A stretch of 24,560 nucleotides of DNA from a virus (taxonomy: Duplodnaviria > Caudoviricetes): positions 1-24,560 of IMG/VR virus record IMGVR_UViG_3300037440_000161. One strand, 5' to 3'. The position numbers and the translations under genes are program-made. Within the stretch, counting starts at the first letter, position 1. Every line of letters begins with the position of its first letter. Below, one piece after another: positions 1 to 7,956 of this stretch. The notes under the pieces are model-generated. The model did no database searches and had not been told where the DNA came from. It was given only the letters and a program-made list of their open reading frames with translations.

Positions 1-4
1 GTTT

Positions 5-220
5 TCAGTCGTCTACGTCTCTATGGAATACAATATCACCATCCGCATCCTCGCTAACATCGGCATAGGTTTTTTCAAGTTCAATTATCTTGGACGGCAC
101 GTCATCCGGACGGACCTCTCCAACAATTGTCAGGCTGTCGCCATTAATAATTGCACACATTCCTCGTGTATGAATGCGATCAATTGGGCTTAATCTTCTA
201 AGTGTTTCCATGTTTTTCAT
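5..220 (-). CDS. hypothetical phage protein (71 aa)
   Basis: ATG ORF directly behind 222..377 in a short minus-strand operon; no recognisable motif. Confidence 0.6.
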   Translation of the reverse strand: MKNMETLRRLSPIDRIHTRGMCAIINGDSLTIVGEVRPDDVPSKIIELEKTYADVSEDADGDIVFHRDVDD

Positions 221-221
221 T

Positions 222-377
222 TCAATATTTGTTTTTATCCTTGCTTTTTGAAATTAATTCTTTTACCTTCTCTAAGTCAGACAGAGGAACACGTATTACT
301 GTAGTGGGTTCTTTCGTTCCTGAACCTTTCTTACGTCCTGAGCCTTTGCGCTTGCCCCCGCGGGTGTTCTTTTTCAC
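222..377 (-). CDS. small basic DNA-binding protein, RGG.R.GSGRK type (51 aa; not in ORF track)
   Basis: Hand translation from GTG 377: MKKNTRGGKRKGSGRKKGSGTKEPTTVIRVPLSDLEKVKELISKSKDKNKY; start overlaps the TAG of 377..604. Confidence 0.7.
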   Translation of the reverse strand: MKKNTRGGKRKGSGRKKGSGTKEPTTVIRVPLSDLEKVKELISKSKDKNKY

Positions 378-604
378 TATGGTTTTTTGTAGTTGGGATG
401 ATTCTTTATTTCTTTTGCGTATTCCTGAAAGCTGGCCCCGGTCATAAACCAGCTATAGGCACGATCCAGTGAATAGCCGTCCTGCTCTTGATCGCCATCA
501 ATAGAATGACCTAAAATACTTTCTACCATTGTGGACCACGCAACCCACCTAAGTTCCCAACTTGGTACGTACTTTTCAATTTGATAAACTTCTAAATGAT
601 TCAT
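377..604 (-). CDS. hypothetical phage protein (75 aa)
   Basis: ATG ORF with AT-rich leader, downstream of a -7 box. Confidence 0.65.
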   Translation of the reverse strand: MNHLEVYQIEKYVPSWELRWVAWSTMVESILGHSIDGDQEQDGYSLDRAYSWFMTGASFQEYAKEIKNHPNYKKP

Positions 605-630
605 GACTTTTTGCTTTAGTTTTGATCATT

Positions 631-677
631 TAAATATACGTCTTTATTTGATATTTAGTTACCGTATTTCAAATATA
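631..677 (-). promoter_or_regulatory. Bacteroidota-type sigma-A promoter -7 boxes
   Basis: Minus strand TATATTTG (670-677) and TATATTTA (631-638), upstream of ATG 604. Confidence 0.5.
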
Positions 678-688
678 TTTTCCTAGTT

Positions 689-714
689 TAATTCCCTCGA
701 ATTCGGGGGAATTA
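689..714. repeat. 26-bp near-perfect palindrome (operator or terminator)
   Basis: TAATTCCCTCGAA-TTCGGGGGAATTA, one mismatch between arms. Confidence 0.7.
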
Positions 715-863
715 GAATCCCTTCCTTCTCACCGGCCCCTTTCCCCAAATGACCTCAGATATTACCTCCCCTGAGATCGTGGCTTAGAGGGGCTGTAATG
801 AGGTCGTTTTTAAGGGTAAGTGTTAAAGCTACTGTGTGGTAAGTCATTTAGGGGGTAGATCGT

Positions 864-1121
864 TTAAGTTTGCCCGCTATACACCTCAATTCCGGCCTGT
901 TTTAGGCATAGCAGGACAGGCTTTCCGGGCTCTCCATCGTCCCTAATCAGGCAATGCCTCCGAACAAGGGCCGAAACCGCCCGTGATACTGTTGCCCTGG
1001 CCTTGTTCGTGTTCCAGTCCGAAGGGTATATTTTCGAACGCACTGCCGCAATTGATATTGGTTCGTGTAGCTCCACCACCCTTAGCACCTGCTCCTGTAC
1101 TATGCCTATGCCCCGGCTCAT
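864..1121 (-). CDS. putative winged-helix DNA-binding protein
   Basis: QEQVLRVV...EPISIAAVRSKI...ARATVSRAVSALVRRHCLIR pattern; ATGA overlap with upstream gene. Confidence 0.55.
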   Translation of the reverse strand: MSRGIGIVQEQVLRVVELHEPISIAAVRSKIYPSDWNTNKARATVSRAVSALVRRHCLIRDDGEPGKPVLLCLKQAGIEVYSGQT

Positions 1122-1312
1122 TTACTGGTTTCCTTTTTGAATAAGTCGTAGAGTTGGGATGTAGAGCGTACCTTTTTATGAGAGTATGCATTTTCCCATA
1201 AGCCAGGCTCATTTGAAATCCATCCCTCTTCCGCTGTCCAATCGGCGAATGCAATTGCTTCCAATTTTAGCCTTGACTTAGATTCATCTTGCCTTTTCAT
1301 TTCTTCTTCCAT
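1118..1312 (-). CDS. small hypothetical protein, paralog of 5571..5771
   Basis: AIAFADW...GW...SQLYDLFKK. Confidence 0.65.
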   Translation of the reverse strand: MEEEMKRQDESKSRLKLEAIAFADWTAEEGWISNEPGLWENAYSHKKVRSTSQLYDLFKKETSK

Positions 1313-1328
1313 TTAGGTGGCCGTGACT

Positions 1329-1772
1329 TCATAACTGAATCCCTTTTTCTTCTGCTAACTTCTTTGCCTCCTTCTCGTAGTGCTCGGCCATTACCTGATA
1401 ATCATATACTCCCCGCTTGCTTATCCCACGTGACTGAACCGTCAGTTTATCCCAGGTGTTTTTTCCATACTTCACGTCTACGTTGTGGGCATACACGTCT
1501 TTCTGTCCTTCGTTCAAGCCATTGCAAAATTTACATTGCAGATTATTATTTCGTTCGTCGTACTTTGTGGCCTTGTACTGACGGCCTATTCCATGTCCAC
1601 AGTCTGCTTCCCGGAAATGTTTAAGCCTGCCACAAGTGAAACATTTGCCTATGCCTTGCTTGTCGGAGTCGCGCAGGCGGATGAACAGGGAGAACCATTT
1701 CCAAAGTTTTTCTTCGGCCTCTTGTAGTTCTGTCTTTCCTTTCTTCGGGGTCTTGCGGTAGATGTAGGTCAT
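1329..1772 (-). CDS. ninG: NinG/Rap-family recombination endonuclease
   Basis: FSLFIRLRD, CFTC, DCGH, YDERNNNLQCKFCN motifs. Confidence 0.85.
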   Translation of the reverse strand: MTYIYRKTPKKGKTELQEAEEKLWKWFSLFIRLRDSDKQGIGKCFTCGRLKHFREADCGHGIGRQYKATKYDERNNNLQCKFCNGLNEGQKDVYAHNVDVKYGKNTWDKLTVQSRGISKRGVYDYQVMAEHYEKEAKKLAEEKGIQL

Positions 1773-2017
1773 TGCTTTTTTAACAGTTCGTGTTTATGCA
1801 CCGTGAAAAATGATGGCGTTACAGGCTTGTGAAAGCAAAGCAGTGAACACCAAAGTTTACCGGTGAAAAGAAGTTTAACGCGCTCTTTGAAAGTTAGGCC
1901 CATACAAAACACTACCTCGCCACGAGGGCCATCATCAATGAGGGCAGGAAGTGTGATATATTCGTCCTGATTTTCAGCAATCATGTGTGTGCGTTCCGGG
2001 AAATCAATTGGCTTCAT
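1769..2017 (-). CDS. hypothetical phage protein
   Basis: Likely start ATG 2017 (MKPIDFPE), immediately after the upstream stop. Confidence 0.65.
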   Translation of the reverse strand: MKPIDFPERTHMIAENQDEYITLPALIDDGPRGEVVFCMGLTFKERVKLLFTGKLWCSLLCFHKPVTPSFFTVHKHELLKKQ

Positions 2018-2018
2018 G

Positions 2019-2282
2019 TTAGTTTTGTTTGTTGTTTTCATTATTCCAAAAGTTGGCCACCTGGTTCAGTAAGTCTTGCAGCGCTTCTATGGCTTCCTCG
2101 TCAGGTAGCGCCCCAACTTCATCGCGTGTCAGGATAAGCAATTGTCCACATGCCCCGTAAAACGCTCGCTTCAGTTCGCGTAATTGATCGGGTGGCATTA
2201 TGCGTTTGTCTAGCTCAACGATGTTCAGGTAACGCTCGAACTCATCGTTAAGGTTAAATGTTTTAGGTTGTTTTGTTTTCAT
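2019..2282 (-). CDS. hypothetical phage protein
   Basis: ATG ORF in operon; ELKRAFYGACG segment. Confidence 0.65.
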   Translation of the reverse strand: MKTKQPKTFNLNDEFERYLNIVELDKRIMPPDQLRELKRAFYGACGQLLILTRDEVGALPDEEAIEALQDLLNQVANFWNNENNKQN

Positions 2283-2309
2283 GGTTAGATGCTTTGCGTG
2301 TGCGGTAGG

Positions 2310-2726
2310 TCATACCGGTATTCCAAATCTTTTTTCCCATTCCTTCCTAATAATTGCCACCGTCTCCGGCTTTAAGAGTGAAGCGAGTACCGAAGGAATT
2401 TTCACCTTGTGCTTCTCTAGGGTTTCGAGTTTCTTTTCTGGGTAATCGCAAAGGATATACTTCTTTGCGGCCGGACGCTTGAGATAGTTTTCGCTAATGT
2501 CTATTAGGGCATCCTGAATATTTGGGAGGTTTAATTTTTTAGACAGGATGTCTATGCTTAACTCCGGGGCTTTGTAGCCTTGATCCCTATATCGTGTTAT
2601 GGTATTACATGGTGATGGCGTTGGCTTACCGGTCACCGATGAATCAATAGCCAGGAATTTCTCGTAAGCCTCAAGATCCGTAATGTCCAACAAGAAGGCC
2701 AGTTGTTTGTAGGTTAGATGGGTCAT
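2310..2726 (-). CDS. hypothetical protein, possibly DNA-binding
   Basis: LTYKQLAFLLDI N-terminus; ATGA coupling. Confidence 0.6.
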   Translation of the reverse strand: MTHLTYKQLAFLLDITDLEAYEKFLAIDSSVTGKPTPSPCNTITRYRDQGYKAPELSIDILSKKLNLPNIQDALIDISENYLKRPAAKKYILCDYPEKKLETLEKHKVKIPSVLASLLKPETVAIIRKEWEKRFGIPV

Positions 2727-2923
2727 AGTTGATGTTTGATTAATTTCAAATCCGTAATAATGATTTTAAGCTTTGTCTTTTTACTCTTGTCCTTCGTCCG
2801 GCCTTTGACAATCTCAATACCTTTTATGCACTTGTTTATTTCCTCGGACGTGGGAAATACTGGGGCGATGTCCCTACGGGTTCGACACATAAAGCCATGC
2901 AATTGCCACTCGCTAATCACCAT
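2723..2923 (-). CDS. hypothetical protein
   Basis: Fills operon, overlaps both neighbours. Confidence 0.55.
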   Translation of the reverse strand: MVISEWQLHGFMCRTRRDIAPVFPTSEEINKCIKGIEIVKGRTKDKSKKTKLKIIITDLKLIKHQL

Positions 2924-3632
2924 CTTTCACCACTTCGATTTCCCCACGGTCAATAGCGCCCTGTGCCAATTGTTCGGCGTGTTGCTGGCTGGTGGCGTAT
3001 ATCTCAATGCCTCCGATGTTGTACCACCTGTAAGGATTTTCCAATTTCCGGCGTTGATAATCGTTCTCGGCGGCGTTGTTGTGCTTCTTAGGTGATTCGA
3101 CGAACTCGGCGGCACGTTCTTTGAATTTCTCGTAATCAATCGGCGCTTGCTCGGCTTCCTCCTTCTTTGCCTTGTTGTAGCCAGATTCGATAAGGCCGTA
3201 CTTTTCATCCAGGTATTTCGCCATCCAGTCAGTCAGCACCGAGGCATCCAGCCGGTAGATAGTTCCGTAGAAACCAAGTCCCCCTCGTTTGAAGCAAAGC
3301 ACAAAGTCCTCAAGTGATTCCACCGGGTATAGTTCAACAAGCTGTTCGGCGATGTCCCTCACCTGATGGGCCTGTATGTTCAGGTTAGGGGCTATGTTCA
3401 CCCGGCTGGCCAGCTTGCCAATTTGGATGGCTACGAATCCCTGAATTTTCTTTAAGTCCACTTCCTTCAGGAGCATGGCGATAGCGGGTCTATCCAGAAT
3501 ATCCTTAACGGAATTACCAACTGAATCCTCTATGGCTGAAATATTATTTTCCTTCAGGCTGATTGCCGTACTCGTTTGCGATAGCTGCGACAATTCCTTG
3601 CATGTGTTGCTGGTTTTTATTAGGTGTTCCAT
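2913..3632 (-). CDS. putative replication partner / helicase-loader-like protein
   Basis: Lambda-P position after the initiator; ESLEDFVLCFKRG..G.YG..YRLD..V...W..Y motif; function inferred from position. Confidence 0.5.
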   Translation of the reverse strand: MEHLIKTSNTCKELSQLSQTSTAISLKENNISAIEDSVGNSVKDILDRPAIAMLLKEVDLKKIQGFVAIQIGKLASRVNIAPNLNIQAHQVRDIAEQLVELYPVESLEDFVLCFKRGGLGFYGTIYRLDASVLTDWMAKYLDEKYGLIESGYNKAKKEEAEQAPIDYEKFKERAAEFVESPKKHNNAAENDYQRRKLENPYRWYNIGGIEIYATSQQHAEQLAQGAIDRGEIEVVKDGD

Positions 3633-4260
3633 TTGACGTAATGGGTTTTGTGTAATTTTCTTTGATGTGTTTCAGGCAGGATCGGCGGAATGCGTCTTGA
3701 GTTGTGGGCCGCATCTTCGGGTATCGGTTAAGTAACCCCAGGTGATCAACGGCCCAATGTTCGATTGCCGGGCTTTCCGGTATTCTGGCTTTTGACAGCA
3801 TGTCCTCGAAAAACTGGTCGTTTCTGTCGGTAATTAGCTCAGTCCATTGTTCGTACTCTTTTAAAATTTGATCTTCAGTTGTAGTTTCATTTCCAGTTTC
3901 ATTTTCCATATGTTTAACATATGTACCTTCATGTGTTTTAGATATGTTATTCATATCTTTTTTACCTTTGCGGTTATCGGATCTGCTTTTGGAGTATTCA
4001 CGCCTTCGTATCATCTCGGTATCCAGTCTCTCATTAAAGAATAAACCGCGCGCGTCGGCTACAAACTTTTTTTGGAGGGTAGGCCATGACTGGCCAAAGT
4101 CCGATCCAAGAACAGTTTTTATTTCCTCTAATGATAAGTGACCGCTATTAAACTGAGCAATAAGAACATCCATGTAGCAACCTTTCAGGAATCTGGAAAA
4201 CGTGGCAGTCCCGCCTTGCCAGTCGCCGGGATAAAAAAGGAATGCAGGATCTTTGGCCAT
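3544..4260 (-). CDS. phage replication initiator, YdaU/DUF1376-like (lambda O analogue)
   Basis: N-terminus MAKDPAFLFYPGDW.GGT...KGCYMDVL..QF; low-complexity linker with DNA repeats. Confidence 0.75.
   Translation of the reverse strand: MAKDPAFLFYPGDWQGGTATFSRFLKGCYMDVLIAQFNSGHLSLEEIKTVLGSDFGQSWPTLQKKFVADARGLFFNERLDTEMIRRREYSKSRSDNRKGKKDMNNISKTHEGTYVKHMENETGNETTTEDQILKEYEQWTELITDRNDQFFEDMLSKARIPESPAIEHWAVDHLGLLNRYPKMRPTTQDAFRRSCLKHIKENYTKPITSNGTPNKNQQHMQGIVAAIANEYGNQPEGK
3883..3957. repeat. iteron-like repeats, probable replication origin
   Basis: CATATG-like units at 3907, 3918, 3930, 3941, 3952 plus tandem AGTTTCATTT(T)CC, inside the initiator gene. Confidence 0.55.
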
Positions 4261-4331
4261 TTACAGTTACTTTTGGTTAGGTTAAAGTTCGCATAAGCAC
4301 ACCAACGTTTTTCCACGACTTATTCACAATA

Positions 4332-4372
4332 GTGCACGACGTGAAATTGTGCACAACTTCTACGTCGTGCAC
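4332..4372. repeat. 41-bp near-perfect palindrome upstream of initiator
   Basis: GTGCACGACGT-GAAATTGTGCACAACTTCT-ACGTCGTGCAC. Confidence 0.8.
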
Positions 4373-4409
4373 CAGCAGGCTAACAAACCACACAAGGAAG
4401 GGTACTGAC

Positions 4410-4631
4410 TTATTCATCAAGTGGATCGTCATCAGGTGCGAAATGAATGCCGCTTGCCTCCATGCACTTGCGGCAATACCTATACTCTTTGTTCTCGCCA
4501 TCTGGCCACATCCGTATAATTGGTGAATCCTTTTCAGGAATCTGTTTAAGGCAGCGTGAACATAGGCATTCAGGATCACCCGCATCTGGCGAGTCATCAA
4601 ACAATGTGTCGGTTTCTAATAGTGTAATCAT
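4410..4631 (-). CDS. small CxxC..CxxC zinc-binding protein
   Basis: CSRC...CRKC. Confidence 0.65.
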   Translation of the reverse strand: MITLLETDTLFDDSPDAGDPECLCSRCLKQIPEKDSPIIRMWPDGENKEYRYCRKCMEASGIHFAPDDDPLDE

Positions 4632-4750
4632 TTACGTGGCGTTAAATAAACCCTCTTCCTCACATCAGACTTAGGGTATACAGGGGAACAGGAACTGAGA
4701 AACATAAAGAATATCAGCGTCCAGCAGAGGTAGATAATTAGGCGTTTCAT
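4628..4750 (-). CDS. putative 40-aa lipoprotein
   Basis: MKRLIIYLCWTLIFFMFLSS-C: basic N-terminus, hydrophobic core, lipobox-like LSSC; ATGA overlaps on both sides. Confidence 0.55.
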   Translation of the reverse strand: MKRLIIYLCWTLIFFMFLSSCSPVYPKSDVRKRVYLTPRK

Positions 4751-4881
4751 ATCGCCTTCACAGTTCGTAGTGCCCCTTTCCTTGCCTGCTGCAAAAGTTT
4801 GTAATGTTTTTCGCATAGGTAATACCCTTTGTGAATTCTTTTTGTGCCTTCTTTGAAGCACCATTGACATTCGTGTTTCAT
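4747..4881 (-). CDS. 44-aa zinc-finger micro-protein (not in ORF track)
   Basis: MKHECQWCFKEGTKRIHKGYYLCEKHYKLLQQARKGALRTVKAI; CxxC...CxxH. Confidence 0.65.
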   Translation of the reverse strand: MKHECQWCFKEGTKRIHKGYYLCEKHYKLLQQARKGALRTVKAI

Positions 4882-5247
4882 AAATTGTTATTTCTAAGTA
4901 CCACATAACCAAAATTTATCTGTACATCCGACTATGTTCGTCACGAGCCAGTCTAATGTATTGGTGAAGCGTAAGCCCGCTATCCAGAGTCCATTCGTAA
5001 TTGTATGAGTACCAGTAATCACCATCTATATGAGCCACCATCTGTCTTTTGCCTTTGAACTGATCGGGCCTCAATCCGTGGACTTCAACCAAATGTGCTC
5101 TGATTTTGTCTGCCGGTATTGCTTCAATACTCTTGCAGTTCTCATGGCCGCACGAGAAGACGTTAACAGGATTTTTCCGTAACTCTATTTCGTCTTGATT
5201 GTCTTTCTTCTTTTTCATAAATTGTTATTTCTAAGTACCACATAACC
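4876..5247. repeat. perfect 35-bp direct repeat pair (4876-4910, 5213-5247)
   Basis: TTTCATAAATTGTTATTTCTAAGTACCACATAACC twice, bracketing gene 4916..5218. Confidence 0.95.
4916..5218 (-). CDS. hypothetical protein with C2H2-like motif
   Basis: CGHENC-x13-HLVEVH. Confidence 0.65.
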   Translation of the reverse strand: MKKKKDNQDEIELRKNPVNVFSCGHENCKSIEAIPADKIRAHLVEVHGLRPDQFKGKRQMVAHIDGDYWYSYNYEWTLDSGLTLHQYIRLARDEHSRMYR

Positions 5248-5574
5248 CGCTACACAAACCGCCAACCCTATCCACCTGCCCACCATCAGCGCGTAAGGAT
5301 TGAACCTTGTCAACCACTTGTCGTAAGCCTTAGTCTTACCTTCGTAGTCGAACCCTCGTTTACCTCGCATCCATGCCAATAGGTTATCAAAGAAAAAAAA
5401 CGGCGCTACCGCTAAACACAAATTCGACGGCGGGATAGTTAAAGTCCATAGGGTTTCAGTAGAGCAGAGGCCGATTAAGATTACGCGCAGCCATAACGGC
5501 AAATCTTTGCGCTGGCCCCGGATAAGGAAATAATCCGAAAAGAGTTCTACGACAAATGGGATGAGAGGTATCAT
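5215..5574 (-). CDS. predicted membrane protein
   Basis: Several hydrophobic segments. Confidence 0.6.
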   Translation of the reverse strand: MIPLIPFVVELFSDYFLIRGQRKDLPLWLRVILIGLCSTETLWTLTIPPSNLCLAVAPFFFFDNLLAWMRGKRGFDYEGKTKAYDKWLTRFNPYALMVGRWIGLAVCVAGYVVLRNNNL

Positions 5575-5771
5575 TCTTTGCAGTCTTTTTTGAACATATT
5601 GTATAACTCAGGCAGTGTTCTCATTAAACCAGAGTACGGTTTTGTAGTATACCACTCCTTCGTTGGCCCAGCAACCCAATCATAGCGGCGATACCATCCG
5701 TTATCCACAATCCATTCCGCAAAAGCAATTGCGTGATGCTGGATTTTGTTTTCTAATTGTGGGTTATTCAT
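5571..5771 (-). CDS. small hypothetical protein, paralog of 1118..1312
   Basis: AIAFAEW...GW...ELYNMFKK. Confidence 0.65.
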   Translation of the reverse strand: MNNPQLENKIQHHAIAFAEWIVDNGWYRRYDWVAGPTKEWYTTKPYSGLMRTLPELYNMFKKDCKE

Positions 5772-5959
5772 TTCTTCTTAATTATCCCATACCAAACCTG
5801 AATAATAGCACCACCAAAGAAGGCTATGCAGAACAGTATCGCCAGCATCTTCACCAAAGGCGAGGCCGTTTCAAAAGACTGTGCACCCTGGGCAATGGCA
5901 ACCGCCAGCCCGGCTATAAATATTCCGCCGGCTATCCAGTATAGTGTGAAGTGGTTCAT
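5768..5959 (-). CDS. small two-TM membrane protein
   Basis: Two hydrophobic helices, basic C-terminus. Confidence 0.6.
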   Translation of the reverse strand: MNHFTLYWIAGGIFIAGLAVAIAQGAQSFETASPLVKMLAILFCIAFFGGAIIQVWYGIIKKK

Positions 5960-6366
5960 AATTTATGGTCGTTAGGCTGTAGCATCATCCACATTTCATT
6001 TGTAACTTCGTTGGGTTCGGGTATGTAGACCCCGATATTGTCCTGGGCGAACATGCGGGCTTCTTCGATCTTGTCTGAAAATTCTTTGGTGTCCATGTCG
6101 GTAGTGGATCGTATGAACTTGCGGCCGTCTTTCTCGTAGCTCCAAAGCTGGTTGCCTAAGACTTGGTGCATTTCATTTGAAGTAAAGCCGGTGTAGTCCG
6201 ATAACATTTTGACAAGCACGCCCCAGTAATACCGGTTCTGGGCAAGGCTACGTTTCTGTTTCGCCTTCTCGCAAAGCAGGATATATTTAACGTCCTCATC
6301 TTTGCAGTAGTCGTTCACCTTTTCCATTGCCTTTAACACTTCCGATCCTTTGAACTTGTAGGTCAT
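5956..6366 (-). CDS. ninB: NinB/Orf-family recombination protein
   Basis: KRSLAQNRYYWG and STTDMDTKEFSDKIE motifs. Confidence 0.7.
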   Translation of the reverse strand: MTYKFKGSEVLKAMEKVNDYCKDEDVKYILLCEKAKQKRSLAQNRYYWGVLVKMLSDYTGFTSNEMHQVLGNQLWSYEKDGRKFIRSTTDMDTKEFSDKIEEARMFAQDNIGVYIPEPNEVTNEMWMMLQPNDHKL

Positions 6367-6845
6367 TTTGCAATCAGTCGTAAGCCGGTTGTACTCTTTT
6401 TCAATGGCGGACGGATAGTCACTACCTCGCCGGTTAGTTCGTCCACAAGGGTCAGTGGTTCCTTCACGCTTTTCAAAAAGGCAATCCTTTCGTCAAGCAT
6501 TCGTTTTGAAGTTTTCAAATCCACTTCCCTGCGTTCGTACACTGTGTCCCCACAGGACGAATAGTCGTATTTGGTTCCTAGCTCGGCTTTCTCAATCTCA
6601 AAGCCAAAGGCGTCGAACTTCTTTTCCCCGTATTTATCGGCTTCCTCAAGTTGTTCGGAACGGGTGGCTTCGTTAACTTTCTCCACGATAAGTTCCAGGG
6701 TCTTTAGGTAGGCTTTAAGTTCCAGCGCGTTAACATGGCCGTCCTTCACTTGACGGATAAGCTGATTGGAAAACATTTCTATTCCCTGCTTTGAAGTGCT
6801 GAACTGTCTCAGTACCCCGTATGCCGTTGTAGGTAAGTCACTCAT
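6363..6845 (-). CDS. phage recombination-module protein of unknown function
   Basis: 160-aa ORF between the SSB-like gene and ninB; coiled-coil and GTKYDYSSCGD segment. Confidence 0.6.
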   Translation of the reverse strand: MSDLPTTAYGVLRQFSTSKQGIEMFSNQLIRQVKDGHVNALELKAYLKTLELIVEKVNEATRSEQLEEADKYGEKKFDAFGFEIEKAELGTKYDYSSCGDTVYERREVDLKTSKRMLDERIAFLKSVKEPLTLVDELTGEVVTIRPPLKKSTTGLRLIAK

Positions 6846-7231
6846 AGCTTTGAGGTCATTATGTTATACATCCGTGTAAATCCTATTTCCAGGTCTTTAA
6901 TGTCCAGCTTGCCGCCAACTATTAAATCCTTAGTGTATGACATAGCGAACGAGATCATTTGAACTTTCGGGTCGACTGGCGGACGGCCACCGCCACCGGT
7001 AAATTGTTTCTCACTTTGCGGCAGCGTTACTTTGAAATACGTGTTACCTGTCTTACCTTGTTTTTCTTCAATCAGGTATTCAGCCTCTTGTCCGACGACG
7101 AACTTTGATTGATTGTCGCTCTTTGACGTATAGAAACCTTTGTCCAGGTTTTCGAACTCGACTACATACGTCGTGTTACCGAAGCTGTCCTTCTTGTCCA
7201 GTTTGGTTACCTTCGTTGGTTTGCTTTTCAT
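6842..7231 (-). CDS. putative ssDNA-binding (OB-fold-like) protein
   Basis: Beta-rich N-terminus, Gly-rich linker, position in recombination module; inference only. Confidence 0.4.
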   Translation of the reverse strand: MKSKPTKVTKLDKKDSFGNTTYVVEFENLDKGFYTSKSDNQSKFVVGQEAEYLIEEKQGKTGNTYFKVTLPQSEKQFTGGGGRPPVDPKVQMISFAMSYTKDLIVGGKLDIKDLEIGFTRMYNIMTSKL

Positions 7232-7358
7232 TTCCGTTTATCGGTTTAAGTGGTTCGCCTATAAAATAATACGGGCAGTTGTGCAGGACGGAAAAGTCTT
7301 TAGCCTCCTCCATTGTCCTGAATACTATCTTCTGCCCCTTGTGCTTGCAGTAAATCAT
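7176..7358 (-). CDS. hypothetical protein
   Basis: Likely start ATG 7358 (ATGA overlap with 7355..7723). Confidence 0.5.
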   Translation of the reverse strand: MIYCKHKGQKIVFRTMEEAKDFSVLHNCPYYFIGEPLKPINGNEKQTNEGNQTGQEGQLR

Positions 7359-7723
7359 TTCACAAGTATTTTCCTGTTCACCCAATCCTCCGAAACTTCT
7401 TTGCCGAATAGCTTTCCGAAAGCCATAGCCTCTGAATACCAGAACCTGTAGGTGCAGTCATTAAGCCTTGGCCACTGGAACACAACTTCCCATTTGCCGA
7501 GCCGGTCGTGCCAGTCGATTCTATCGACACATTCAGCGAAAGTACTGAAGCCTCGAATACGCTCACCGTCTGTTACCTCCCACACACTCCCGTACTTTCT
7601 TGCCCACGGATCAACAGTAAGCTGGATTATGTACCCCTGGTACTCGTGACGGCTTACCCCTTGTGCTAAAACCGTGAATAGTTCTTCAAGTTTTTCCTTT
7701 TTCATATTGATATTTTTCTTCAT
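7355..7723 (-). CDS. hypothetical protein
   Basis: Operon-consistent ORF. Confidence 0.6.
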   Translation of the reverse strand: MKKNINMKKEKLEELFTVLAQGVSRHEYQGYIIQLTVDPWARKYGSVWEVTDGERIRGFSTFAECVDRIDWHDRLGKWEVVFQWPRLNDCTYRFWYSEAMAFGKLFGKEVSEDWVNRKILVK

Positions 7724-7955
7724 ACTTACACTCTATCTCACACCCTGGAAATTCAGTCTTGAGCATATCGGTTATTGAATTATACAGGTCATCGGGGTGG
7801 CACTCAAAGCCAGGTTCTACCGAATACTCTACCCCTATTATTCTTACTGTGTTCATCCATCTTTCAATGAAGTCTACTTCACAAGAAATAGTAACTTCTA
7901 ATTCAGTATCTTCATCTAAGAAGCCGGTGGTGAAGGTGTCGGTTTGAATTGTCAT
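7686..7955 (-). CDS. acidic hypothetical protein
   Basis: D/E-rich 89-aa ORF. Confidence 0.6.
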   Translation of the reverse strand: MTIQTDTFTTGFLDEDTELEVTISCEVDFIERWMNTVRIIGVEYSVEPGFECHPDDLYNSITDMLKTEFPGCEIECKYEEKYQYEKGKT

Positions 7956-7956
7956 A

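Noticed and set aside
4628-4912. 94-aa ORF as given in the track
   Set aside because: Better explained by two coupled genes, 4747..4881 and 4628..4750; the track start lies in the duplicated segment.
5215-5959. Holin/lysis module from small membrane proteins
   Set aside because: Located in the early operon with no endolysin nearby.
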